Shown piece by piece: positions 1-8,854 of a DNA stretch of 64,000 bases. A program made the position numbers and the translations under genes. Below the pieces are notes generated by a model. That model had not been told where the DNA came from. It made no database searches and saw only the letters and a list, made by a program, of their open reading frames with translations. The number at the start of each line of letters is the position of its first letter. The stretch's first letter is position 1. The DNA is from Barthelona sp. PCE. Lineage: Eukaryota. Location of the stretch: positions 434,001-498,000 of the forward strand of contig JAUFOR010000001.1 in the NCBI GenBank assembly GCA_040285745.1. The letters are read 5' to 3'.

Positions 1-2
1 CC

Positions 3-2195
3 CATACAAACAATGACCCCTCTGTTCAGTCATTCGATGATCTGGGAAAGTTCCATGTGAGCCAAAACGATGCTGGGAATAAGATGATGGGGAGCGAGTC
101 ATCTTCCAATCATCTTGTTTTTGAGAAGACCATAAGCTTCTTGAAAGGTGACCTCAAGAAGCTCCCTTCACCTGTCTTCTCTCCATCAACCGCTCGTAAG
201 TTCTCCTGGGACCGCAGATTCAGCGACCTATCACTCACAAACAGCATCACCAGTGATTTCTTTGGTGAATTGACTTCCCCGAATGGATCACCGAGTAACC
301 CGCTGCTGAAGCAAAAAAGCAGTGGCTCAAGCAAGTCCAGTAAGCTCGACCAGGTGATTGGGACCCGGAGATCAGCTTCAGCGGAACCATCCACCGTGAA
401 AGCCTCTGAGAAAATGCTAAGTCTTGCTGCTCCGCCTGAAATGACACACTGCCCCTCAGAGTTCATTGATGTTAACGCCGATAGTATAACATCGAGTTTC
501 ATTGGTCGTACTGACTCCGGAATATCGCTCAGACCTGCACCGAATACCATGCATAGAGCTGGGTCGTACAAGACTATCGATGAGCAATCTGTAGAGTTCG
601 ATCCGTCAAAGGTGATGGAGATGGAAAACCATGATAGTTTAATCTTTGAGCAACCAAGCGGAGGAGAGTTTACCATCGAATTTAGTGATGGAAGCGAGAA
701 TCAGCTGCTTTCTGTAGAGACCGACACTTCATCCGTCGCTGTGGCCTTTCCTATCAGCCAAAAGCACTCCCCATCGTCGCCTCTGTCTCCTGTAACACCC
801 AATTTAGGTGGCGAGGATGATTTGTTTTCTGCGTTTCAGAGTATAGTTATGCTTGACCAAAATGAGAATGAAGACCCGGAGGACGTGAACAACAATGTAT
901 TTTCCGTTTTCAAAAACATTCTCGTTGTCTGCAATGCACACCAAAAAAGCATTTTTGAAATTTTCTGCCGACAGCTAAAGTGTACGTCGGTGTTTCTTGA
1001 TATAGCATTCGATGTTTCGTATATAGCTGAGCGCCGCTCCACTTGCTATTACATGTTCCTTATCTTTTTGTACACTCTTGATTTGGTAACAGTGTTCAGT
1101 TTAGATGAGCTACGTCTACGACAGTTTTTTTACATTGTTTTTGATTTTATGAGCCCCACAAACAGATATCATAACAGAAAGCATGTAATCGATGTGTCTT
1201 ACGCTGTTCTTTTGTTCATGAAGGAAATGTCATTCAAGGAAGTGTTCTCTTCCGATGAGGTACTAGCACTCATGCTTTGTGCGCTCGTGCATGACGCTGG
1301 GCACTTTGGCAAGACGGAAGATGTGTTAAGGAAGACTGACCATATCGTCATTAATAAGTTCAAGGAACACGAGTCCCCCCTCGAATACTTTTCTGTATGC
1401 ATTTTTGAATTTGCTTTGGAGCAGTCGGGACTCCTATCTCACCTTGATCCAACGCGTGTGAAGCGTATCATCAACATGTGTGGTTCGATTATTCTTGCCA
1501 CCGACATGAAACGACACGCGCACTACCTTGACATGGGGTGTGAGCTGGAGGGTATGCAGTTAGGCGAGCTGAATGAGAGCGGAAGACTCGTATTTTTGCA
1601 GCTTCTATTTAAATGCGCTGATATTTCCAACTTGTGCAGGGGTTTTAACATTGCTAAACGATGGGCCAGTCGTTTATATGGAGAAATTGAGGATATGAAG
1701 AAGGATTTCCCAGATATTCCACAATCACTCTCTGTAGAACGAGATGATCCTGCAACGCTAGTGCAGCAGCAGATGTCCTTCATATCATATGTTGCCGAGC
1801 CTTTGTTCAGGCTGGTAATCACTGTGCTTCCCCAATTCAAGTATTTTTTGGATATCATGCAAGTTAACTATGAACTGTGGTCTTTGCGTTTGGCCCGCAT
1901 TAATTTGACACCGTTGGCTACACCGAATGAGGTTGCCATATCCACATCAGCAGACATTGATGATGAGCTGGAGACGGAGTTTTTCAGTGGAACCATGACG
2001 GATGATTCAACAAAACACAGTCGCAGAGGAAGTTATGTTGATGAATTTCTTTTCAAGAGCTCTCAGTTGGCAGCATCTGTTTACTTAGCAGTTGAAACCG
2101 AAACAGATACAGAGTATGAAGAAGAAATGAATAATTTGGTTATTCCACCACCCATTCAGTCTATTTCTGAATCAAGCATAAACACTAAACAGTAG
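3..2195 (+). CDS. Class I 3',5'-cyclic nucleotide phosphodiesterase (5'-partial)
   Basis: PDEase_I motifs YHNRKH, HDAGH, LATDM, KCADISN and the conserved Gln (QQMSFI). The frame has no stop from position 3, so the true start lies upstream of the window. Confidence 0.9.
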   Translation, partial: HTNNDPSVQSFDDLGKFHVSQNDAGNKMMGSESSSNHLVFEKTISFLKGDLKKLPSPVFSPSTARKFSWDRRFSDLSLTNSITSDFFGELTSPNGSPSNPLLKQKSSGSSKSSKLDQVIGTRRSASAEPSTVKASEKMLSLAAPPEMTHCPSEFIDVNADSITSSFIGRTDSGISLRPAPNTMHRAGSYKTIDEQSVEFDPSKVMEMENHDSLIFEQPSGGEFTIEFSDGSENQLLSVETDTSSVAVAFPISQKHSPSSPLSPVTPNLGGEDDLFSAFQSIVMLDQNENEDPEDVNNNVFSVFKNILVVCNAHQKSIFEIFCRQLKCTSVFLDIAFDVSYIAERRSTCYYMFLIFLYTLDLVTVFSLDELRLRQFFYIVFDFMSPTNRYHNRKHVIDVSYAVLLFMKEMSFKEVFSSDEVLALMLCALVHDAGHFGKTEDVLRKTDHIVINKFKEHESPLEYFSVCIFEFALEQSGLLSHLDPTRVKRIINMCGSIILATDMKRHAHYLDMGCELEGMQLGELNESGRLVFLQLLFKCADISNLCRGFNIAKRWASRLYGEIEDMKKDFPDIPQSLSVERDDPATLVQQQMSFISYVAEPLFRLVITVLPQFKYFLDIMQVNYELWSLRLARINLTPLATPNEVAISTSADIDDELETEFFSGTMTDDSTKHSRRGSYVDEFLFKSSQLAASVYLAVETETDTEYEEEMNNLVIPPPIQSISESSINTKQ

Positions 2196-2224
2196 AGAAA
2201 CGATTACTAATAAACACAGCCTAT

Positions 2225-2743
2225 TTATTTTCGACCATACATCGATGTAAGTAATTGACTGGCAATCTCTCTTGCTCGATTATTCACACCTAATTTCATC
2301 TCTGATACTTCTTTGTCGATGTTCTTCATGAAATCGCAGATCCAATCTACTACACCCCGAGGATCATAGTCATGCAAATGTCTGTGCATGATTAAGAAAC
2401 TTAAATCATATCCCTCTACGGGCTTCTTCCTCAATATCTGGAATTGGTCTGCTCTGGTCATTAGAAAACTAGCAAATCGATCAACAAGAAGAGTATCAAG
2501 ACCATCATTCTGTCGAATAGTTACAGAGAAACGAAGCGAGTTGATTGATGGCTCAATGAGTACCTTCTCCTTAGGTGTGCGTGCAATGACGATCTTACGA
2601 CCGAGCAGCTCCTTATTTCGATCATATTCGACTTCTGGAGTTGTGTAACGTTCTACATTCATGCTTGGAAAGTAGCTCAGAGCGATACATGCGTTTAGCG
2701 TGCTTCTGATTGTTCTTAAAAATGCAGCACCTGTGCTTGCCAT
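2225..2743 (-). CDS. ARPC4: Arp2/3 complex 20 kDa subunit
   Basis: FPSMNVERYTTPEVE, EKVLIEPSINSLRFS, FQILRKKPVEGYDLSFLI and IDKEVSEMKLGVNNRAR match ARPC4; 172 aa. Confidence 0.96.
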   Translation of the reverse strand: MASTGAAFLRTIRSTLNACIALSYFPSMNVERYTTPEVEYDRNKELLGRKIVIARTPKEKVLIEPSINSLRFSVTIRQNDGLDTLLVDRFASFLMTRADQFQILRKKPVEGYDLSFLIMHRHLHDYDPRGVVDWICDFMKNIDKEVSEMKLGVNNRAREIASQLLTSMYGRK

Positions 2744-3127
2744 GATACGGGTTGAAAAGGAATTACAATATTTTTAAGTAACGACAACGACCCTTGCTGG
2801 TTTTGGTTTGCATTAAACATTACGTTTGTCTCAGAAAAATTCACAAATGTAAATAGAATTGAAATTGCTCTGAATCTTTAAATTGTGGCATGAACAGCAG
2901 GTATCTTCCTGAAAAACTGAATTTGGATGAATTGATCTGCATAAAACTTCATTTACGTTCTGCAAAATGATATTGCCGGGAAAAAGCTGCTTTTCTTACC
3001 CATTTAGAATTTAACCCAATTGCAAGGCAAATTAATTCCATTAAAGTCCGATGATCTACGTATAAAAGTCAAAAATCATTATCAAAGTGTAGTAGTGTTT
3101 TTCTTCCCTATCTAGTTATTGTACATT

Positions 3128-3530
3128 ATGCCTGAAGGTATGAGAAGCCAGTGCAGCTTGAACGCTCCATCTTTACGATTCTGTTCTGCGATTTATTGAT
3201 AATTGCTGGTTTTTATGCGCTTAACCCAAACAATGAGCATTTTCTTTGATTTTAGCGTTTCTGAGTTCTGCAAGGATGTTATTGAGCTTACATTTAGATA
3301 TTCCCGTAACAGAGGTTACCAACGAGCCTGAGCACATTGAAAGTCTTGCCTCTTCCGTACAAGATAAGCTCGCAAGTGAGTCTCTTCCCATCCGTGCATA
3401 CCTCGACCAAACTGTCGTGCCTGTTTTGCTGGAAGGTATGACTGCTCTTTGCCGCAACCGCCCTGGTGGTGCTGCCGCTGCAATTGAGTTCCTTGGAACT
3501 TTCCTGCTTAAGAAGGCTGCTAGCATGTAA
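3128..3530 (+). CDS. DPY-30 motif protein, two exons (3128-3137, 3298-3530), ~80 aa
   Basis: Dpy-30 motif [44 protein letters not shown]...GCTTACATTTAG|AT ATT joins in frame (MPED-IPV). The exon structure is inferred. Confidence 0.8.
3138..3297 (+). other. Predicted 160-nt GT-AG spliceosomal intron (alternative in-frame acceptor at 3255)
   Basis: GTATGA donor, CTTAC branch-like motif 4 nt before AG, and frame restoration. Confidence 0.65.
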
Positions 3531-3824
3531 TAAAAACACCACATTCTAAGAAATTGATATTTTTTTTTTGTCAGTGATCTTGATGACATTGCATTCTATT
3601 ACTCTTGCTTAACGAATATATTTAGAGCATGAAATGATACTTATCCATATTGTTAACCATGAAATAGCTGCATAAAAACTAACGCTACTAAAGCGTCTAA
3701 TAACTACAAAATACTAATTTGTGTTCGAAATCCATCAATTAGTCTGTCTTATGTACCTACTGATCCATGTAAAAGAAAGCAATCTTTTGTTTCACCAAAT
3801 ATTTCTATTTTCGCAACAGAATCA

Positions 3825-5045
3825 ATGTCATATCGCGAAGTATCAAACTTTGTTAGGCAGATGAAGGTTCTGGGGTTCCCGCATCAACTAAATCATCGAT
3901 CATTCCAAAAACCGAACTTTAATCTCATGAAAACGTTGCTACAATGGCTTGTGCAGAAGTATGACTCCAACATTACCGTCATTGACTCGGTGGAGACCGA
4001 AGAAGATCGTGTTTTCTTTGTAAGAAGCGTTGTTGATATTCTTGCCAGTAAGGGTATTCGTCTCAACGGTAAACGTCTTTATCAATCCACTTCTCTATCT
4101 GTCCGCGAACTGCTCAAGATTTCGAAGTTAGTATATAAGGGACATCGTTACAGTATCATATCCCCTGAAAAGCGTATGGAGATCAGTGGAAAAACTGCTG
4201 ATGAAGCGTTACAAGAACTCCAAAACTCCGTAACGACGCTGCGAAATGCACGTAGCTCTGCCAATAACATGAGTAAGGTCGGTACAGCGGTCTTTGATAT
4301 TTTACAGGATGAAGACGAGCACAAAAAAAAGAGATTGGATGCTTTAAGCAAGGTAACGAACGTAGACTCGATTGAGGCTGAGCTTTCCCATATCGTTGAG
4401 ACAAAGAGAGAAAGACTAAAAGTCTTAAGTGAAGAGACTCTAGAGAATAGAAGTAACTTAGCTGTTTTGACGAAGAGGTTAAACAAGAGGAACACTGAGT
4501 TGCAGCGCAATGAGAAGAGGTTGAAGTCATTGGAGAGTATAAAACCCAGTTATCTTAAAGAGCTGGAGAATTTAAGATCAAATCTGAGTGAATTGCATGA
4601 ACATTACGTCGATTTATCACAAAATGTCGCGTATCTGAATAACTTGCATGAAGAGAAGAGCAAGAAAGAGATGGATGATAACGAAAAAGAAATGGAAGAA
4701 CTAAAATTATTGAGAAAGAAATCAAGTAAGCATTTACTGGATGATGAAGATGACATTCTGAACCACACACAGATCGTTGACAGCTCAACAACCATTATAG
4801 ATGATGGGAAGGAAGCAAACTTCGGTACATTAGATAGACCAGTAGCAAGACCGAAAAACGTACGCAGCAGTAATCGAATGGCTATCAGTGACTCTGATTT
4901 GAGTGAGAGCGAGGAGGAAGACTCGTCAACTGGGCTCAGTGATGAAGATTTTCTATTGAGCGATGAAGAGTCGTCAGATGACATCATCTTCTTGAGTGAT
5001 GAGAACACAGCAGGATACTTAATCAGTGATGATGATTCAATCTAG
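3825..5045 (+). CDS. CLUAP1: Clusterin-associated protein 1 / IFT38
   Basis: N-terminus MSYREVSNFVRQMKVLGFP..SFQKPNF, ETEEDRVFF, KRLYQS..SVRELLKI, KRLKSLESIKPSY; coiled coil and acidic tail. Confidence 0.92.
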   Translation: MSYREVSNFVRQMKVLGFPHQLNHRSFQKPNFNLMKTLLQWLVQKYDSNITVIDSVETEEDRVFFVRSVVDILASKGIRLNGKRLYQSTSLSVRELLKISKLVYKGHRYSIISPEKRMEISGKTADEALQELQNSVTTLRNARSSANNMSKVGTAVFDILQDEDEHKKKRLDALSKVTNVDSIEAELSHIVETKRERLKVLSEETLENRSNLAVLTKRLNKRNTELQRNEKRLKSLESIKPSYLKELENLRSNLSELHEHYVDLSQNVAYLNNLHEEKSKKEMDDNEKEMEELKLLRKKSSKHLLDDEDDILNHTQIVDSSTTIIDDGKEANFGTLDRPVARPKNVRSSNRMAISDSDLSESEEEDSSTGLSDEDFLLSDEESSDDIIFLSDENTAGYLISDDDSI

Positions 5046-5426
5046 TTTATGTAAATGATCAAAGAGTTCGTTAACCAAAGTCGTTAAATAATCGTCAATC
5101 ACAGGATTCCTATCAAATAACGGCCGTATTGTACTACTTTTGTTGGGAATATCCAACTCAATATCGTCTACGTCGTTAGATTCTAAATCTCCAGATTTTG
5201 AAAACGTTATTGGAACGATAGGATTATGTATGTTGGTTGCCGTGGCAGAATTCGATAGTACATGTTCAGATACCGGTCTTGAAAACGTAGAATCGCTATC
5301 TGATGTAAGGTACCCACTTTCAAATGATTCTTTCGAATTGTTGAGCTCTACAGCGTTTGTGGTGCCCCTTGAGAGTCTTGCATAGCTTAGCTCGTCAACA
5401 ACACCCTTAGAGGTGCAGCAGCCCAT
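5037..5426 (-). CDS. Small hypothetical protein with predicted N-myristoylation/palmitoylation (MGCCTSK)
   Basis: 129-aa ATG ORF with a classic dual-acylation N-terminus (G2, C3, C4, S6, K7). Confidence 0.65.
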   Translation of the reverse strand: MGCCTSKGVVDELSYARLSRGTTNAVELNNSKESFESGYLTSDSDSTFSRPVSEHVLSNSATATNIHNPIVPITFSKSGDLESNDVDDIELDIPNKSSTIRPLFDRNPVIDDYLTTLVNELFDHLHKLD

Positions 5427-5588
5427 AGTACAAAAAGATTAAATAAACTAATACAGGTTTTACCCGAATATTGGTGGCTAGGAAGCGTGTAAAGATCATA
5501 TAACAATCATGCATCCAGATTATTCACTAAAAACAAGCAAATTACCACAATTTTTTAATTTTCCTATAAGACATTTATTACAACAACA

Positions 5589-6098
5589 TTATTCGTCCTT
5601 GGGCATCATTTTGTGGAAGGTGGTGGCAAAGTGACACTGTCCAGCACCGGAAGGACCATACATCTTTGAAATTTCCAAGAGTGTGGTAGAAGTCTCCTCT
5701 TCCTCCATCTGCTCCTCAAGCATACGGGTACAGAGAGCCTTCAGGGGAACATCAACGAGCTCATCAGCCTTGTCGTAAATATTTTGGATATCAGCGGTTG
5801 TTTCCTTCTCAAAAATGACAAATTTTTCAATAATATCGGTAAGAGTTGCTAATTCGTTGAATGTCTCAACAGTGGGGAAGGGGTGGATATTAAAAGTGAC
5901 ACCACGAGCTTGAAGGTGCTTTTCCCAGAGCTTACCATGATCGAGTTCCTCACTGGCTTGCTCTTCAAAAAATTTCGCTAAACGAGGATAGTTTCTGCGG
6001 TCCATCTCCATAGCAATGTTACGATAGCGGAGAAAGTTCAAGATTTCAGCGGAATGCTGATCGACTACAAGCTGAGCTAATTCTGGGTTAATCTCCAT
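5589..6098 (-). CDS. Ferritin, prokaryotic non-haem (Ftn-like) type
   Basis: 169 aa with ferroxidase-centre pattern AE..Y, FFEEQASEELDH, FE, EEQMEEE. Confidence 0.88.
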   Translation of the reverse strand: MEINPELAQLVVDQHSAEILNFLRYRNIAMEMDRRNYPRLAKFFEEQASEELDHGKLWEKHLQARGVTFNIHPFPTVETFNELATLTDIIEKFVIFEKETTADIQNIYDKADELVDVPLKALCTRMLEEQMEEEETSTTLLEISKMYGPSGAGQCHFATTFHKMMPKDE

Positions 6099-6376
6099 TT
6101 TATGTATTTATATGTAACAAATGAATAGATTTAAGCAAAAAAAAAATGCTATTAACGTTTAAAAAACGAATACAAAAGTCCAGCTCATTGATAATCTACA
6201 ACGCCATTCCAACTTCATTAAACGACTCAAACATACTTGTCAACCCGCTGCAGCGGATTAAAAACTGATTTCACTTAAAACCCAACTTTACAATCAAATC
6301 TTTGTTACACTTCTGTATCACCATTTATATATGACTTTCGCGCATAAAAACTGTTTCTATGTGGCATAAAGGCCTT

Positions 6377-7420
6377 CTAAAAGCTACTCTGCGTTTCAAA
6401 AGAAACCCTTCCCATTCTTGGTAAATGTGGTATAGTTTCATCAATGCGCACCTGGTCTGATTGTTCCCCGTAATTGTAATCCTTAATGTCCCTGTTTCGA
6501 TTATGTAAGTTCACTGGAGTGAATGGTAAAGGAACTATCTTAGCTGAACGGTTTTCTCCTCCTCCATGACTCTTTGACAAGAAGAAAACCCCGAAGAATA
6601 TGAAAACAAGACTGAAAGCAAATAAAACAATCTGCGTAAAACCTAAATTGTCGAATTCATCCAAAACAAGCAGTCCGTTGAAGAAAGAACTGACCGCCAG
6701 CGTGATGTAGTATGTTGGGATAATGAGGATCTGATCAAAATCCCGTAAAGCCAGCTGGAGCAAATGATTCTGTAACAGCAAGGTGATGATAGTCAAAAAA
6801 AGCAAAAAACTCATTCCCCAGTGTTGAAACTGGTTCTGGATATCAAGAGTTGTGCTTATAAGTTCGCTTATAAGTTTAGCAAGAAGATTTCCAAAGCAAC
6901 CAACAAGTCCGGCTGTTAGCCCTGCATAAACGCCAATTTTTGCACCAAAAACGTTCAAAAATCCAGCTAGCATGCATACAATAGATAAGTAAATGCCCGA
7001 AAACTCACGTACATCAAAATATTTCAACACATCGACAATAAAGAAGCGAACTTGCGACTTTGGACTGAACAAAACTGCAAAAAAAGCTCCAATAAATATA
7101 AGAAGCGTGCCCAGAAGATCATATCGTGTGAATGATTCCCCGTTAAACTTTACAGCGAGCACAGCTGAGACAAACAAACCTGTAGACCCAATGGGCAGCA
7201 CAAGACTTAAAGGGATGTAGCTCAACGCCATCAGATCAATCGCTGCCCCAGAGAGATAAACTAAAAAACACAAAAACCAACGCCAGTTCGCAAAATATGG
7301 TTTTGCCTCGTTCTCTTCAAAATTACTCCGATTATGTACTCTTTTCATCAAACTCAGCCCCACGTTCTGAACTACCGATCCAGATAGCGCCAAAATAAGA
7401 CCAATCGAAAATGAAGACAT
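6377..7420 (-). CDS. NIPA-family (DMT superfamily) Mg2+ transporter
   Basis: About 9 TM segments; GLSLMKR, PYFANWRWF, ALSYIPLSLVLPIG, ALRDFDQILIIPTYY. First ATG at 7420. Confidence 0.85.
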   Translation of the reverse strand: MSSFSIGLILALSGSVVQNVGLSLMKRVHNRSNFEENEAKPYFANWRWFLCFLVYLSGAAIDLMALSYIPLSLVLPIGSTGLFVSAVLAVKFNGESFTRYDLLGTLLIFIGAFFAVLFSPKSQVRFFIVDVLKYFDVREFSGIYLSIVCMLAGFLNVFGAKIGVYAGLTAGLVGCFGNLLAKLISELISTTLDIQNQFQHWGMSFLLFLTIITLLLQNHLLQLALRDFDQILIIPTYYITLAVSSFFNGLLVLDEFDNLGFTQIVLFAFSLVFIFFGVFFLSKSHGGGENRSAKIVPLPFTPVNLHNRNRDIKDYNYGEQSDQVRIDETIPHLPRMGRVSFETQSSF

Positions 7421-7444
7421 TGCAAAAAATAAAAACAAATGATT

Positions 7445-8782
7445 CTATTTACTCTGAGGTATCTCTCCCTGTTGTGACACGGAAGCTACGTGCATCACGA
7501 AATCTACAGGATTATTAATTGGCAAAACTCCTTCTGGAACATCATATAAACTCTCCAGAACCAACCTACACCCCATTCGCGGATCATTGTCTTTGGCCTC
7601 CATGATCTTACGCACCGCTTCTCCACGGCACCCCATGTCCCCCAACATATTCTTCAGACGGTTTGTGGGCATATTAGCCATCGGGCAACCATGGATAGTT
7701 GAAGACCAGTCGCAGGGAGGGAGATCAAGTATCATTCTGCTACACGTGTAACACCCGTATTTGTTACGGGAACCAACGAGCCCGTACGCATGCTTCACAC
7801 CGTATTCATACTGCTTCCACTTGGGAGTGGCACCAATGTGCTTCCCTACAATCTTAATTGCCTCCTCATAAGGGATGTCACAGCCGACCAAAAATCTGCT
7901 CAGCTGAACTCTGCCCTCGTATTTGAGCGCATGTGCTCTTTTAGTATGGTTGAAAAGTGCAAACATACAAGGGGGGACGCACTCTTCGACATCAAATACC
8001 GTTGTCTTCTTTGCCTGCTTTCTAGCGCTCAGGAACATGCTTGGGATGTTGATGAGAGATATAACAAGAGGATGTCCAATGATTCGTTCACGGTTAGTTC
8101 CAAAAAAAGCGAGTCTTTCCTTTAATCCTCGAATAAACATTGAATGGACGAGTCCTACAAGTTGGTAGCGATGCACATACACCAGCCCGCTGCGCACGAT
8201 ATTTCTGTTTAGTATCAAAGCTCGAGGCAACATTTCGAAACGAAGCGCAAATACATCGTCAAATGAAAATATTGGATGCTGTTTGGTGTGGAACGTTGCG
8301 TGACACCGGGCAATACTCGGCCCATGTAGCTCCTTTTCCACCTCAGTCAATGACCTGATGGGTAACTGGAACATGTGTGATATATCTTGCGTTTCTGACG
8401 ATATTTCAAGCTCTAACTTGGCAATACGTTGCTCTGCATTGATGAAAAAGTCAAGGTGATCCCGCTCTTCAGTCAATCCAAAGAGCATACATAAAACCCA
8501 ATGACTGATGCGGTCGTAGACGGTAGTTTTCGCTCCTTCCTCGTCAGACCACAGCGTCTTATCTGGGTCCACCGTGCGAAGAAGGTTACAGTACTCCTGA
8601 GTCGATATATTCTGATTATTATACACTGCATCCAGTAACTTCATCCTAATGAGGACTGCGTTCTCTACCATAGGTAGAGGCATGCAGTCGAACACCTTTG
8701 ATGTAGATCCGTACATGTTAAACGTTCGAGTTGGCTGAGTCAACATTCGACGTGATTTTTTTAGAGAAACAAGGCCCTGCAT
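7445..8782 (-). CDS. PRIM2: DNA primase large subunit (p58)
   Basis: DRISHW, PPCM, LKYEGRVQLSRFL, YGVKHAYG, YTC, HGCP, GCR: the four Fe-S cysteines are retained. Confidence 0.9.
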   Translation of the reverse strand: MQGLVSLKKSRRMLTQPTRTFNMYGSTSKVFDCMPLPMVENAVLIRMKLLDAVYNNQNISTQEYCNLLRTVDPDKTLWSDEEGAKTTVYDRISHWVLCMLFGLTEERDHLDFFINAEQRIAKLELEISSETQDISHMFQLPIRSLTEVEKELHGPSIARCHATFHTKQHPIFSFDDVFALRFEMLPRALILNRNIVRSGLVYVHRYQLVGLVHSMFIRGLKERLAFFGTNRERIIGHPLVISLINIPSMFLSARKQAKKTTVFDVEECVPPCMFALFNHTKRAHALKYEGRVQLSRFLVGCDIPYEEAIKIVGKHIGATPKWKQYEYGVKHAYGLVGSRNKYGCYTCSRMILDLPPCDWSSTIHGCPMANMPTNRLKNMLGDMGCRGEAVRKIMEAKDNDPRMGCRLVLESLYDVPEGVLPINNPVDFVMHVASVSQQGEIPQSK

Positions 8783-8854
8783 CTTCTGCCTCACAATATT
8801 AACCACTCTGGTCGATCAAAAAAGAAAGAAAATCAGCAAAACAGCTGATTAATT

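Noticed and set aside
3081-3102. ATCAAAGTGTAGTAGTGTTTT resembles the U2 snRNA branch-pairing region
   Set aside because: No upstream GCTAAG/stem I and no evident stem IIa or Sm site; it lies in the DPY-30 5' flank.
6099-6376. Canonical iron-responsive element upstream of ferritin
   Set aside because: No CAGUGN-loop hairpin seen on the ferritin strand.
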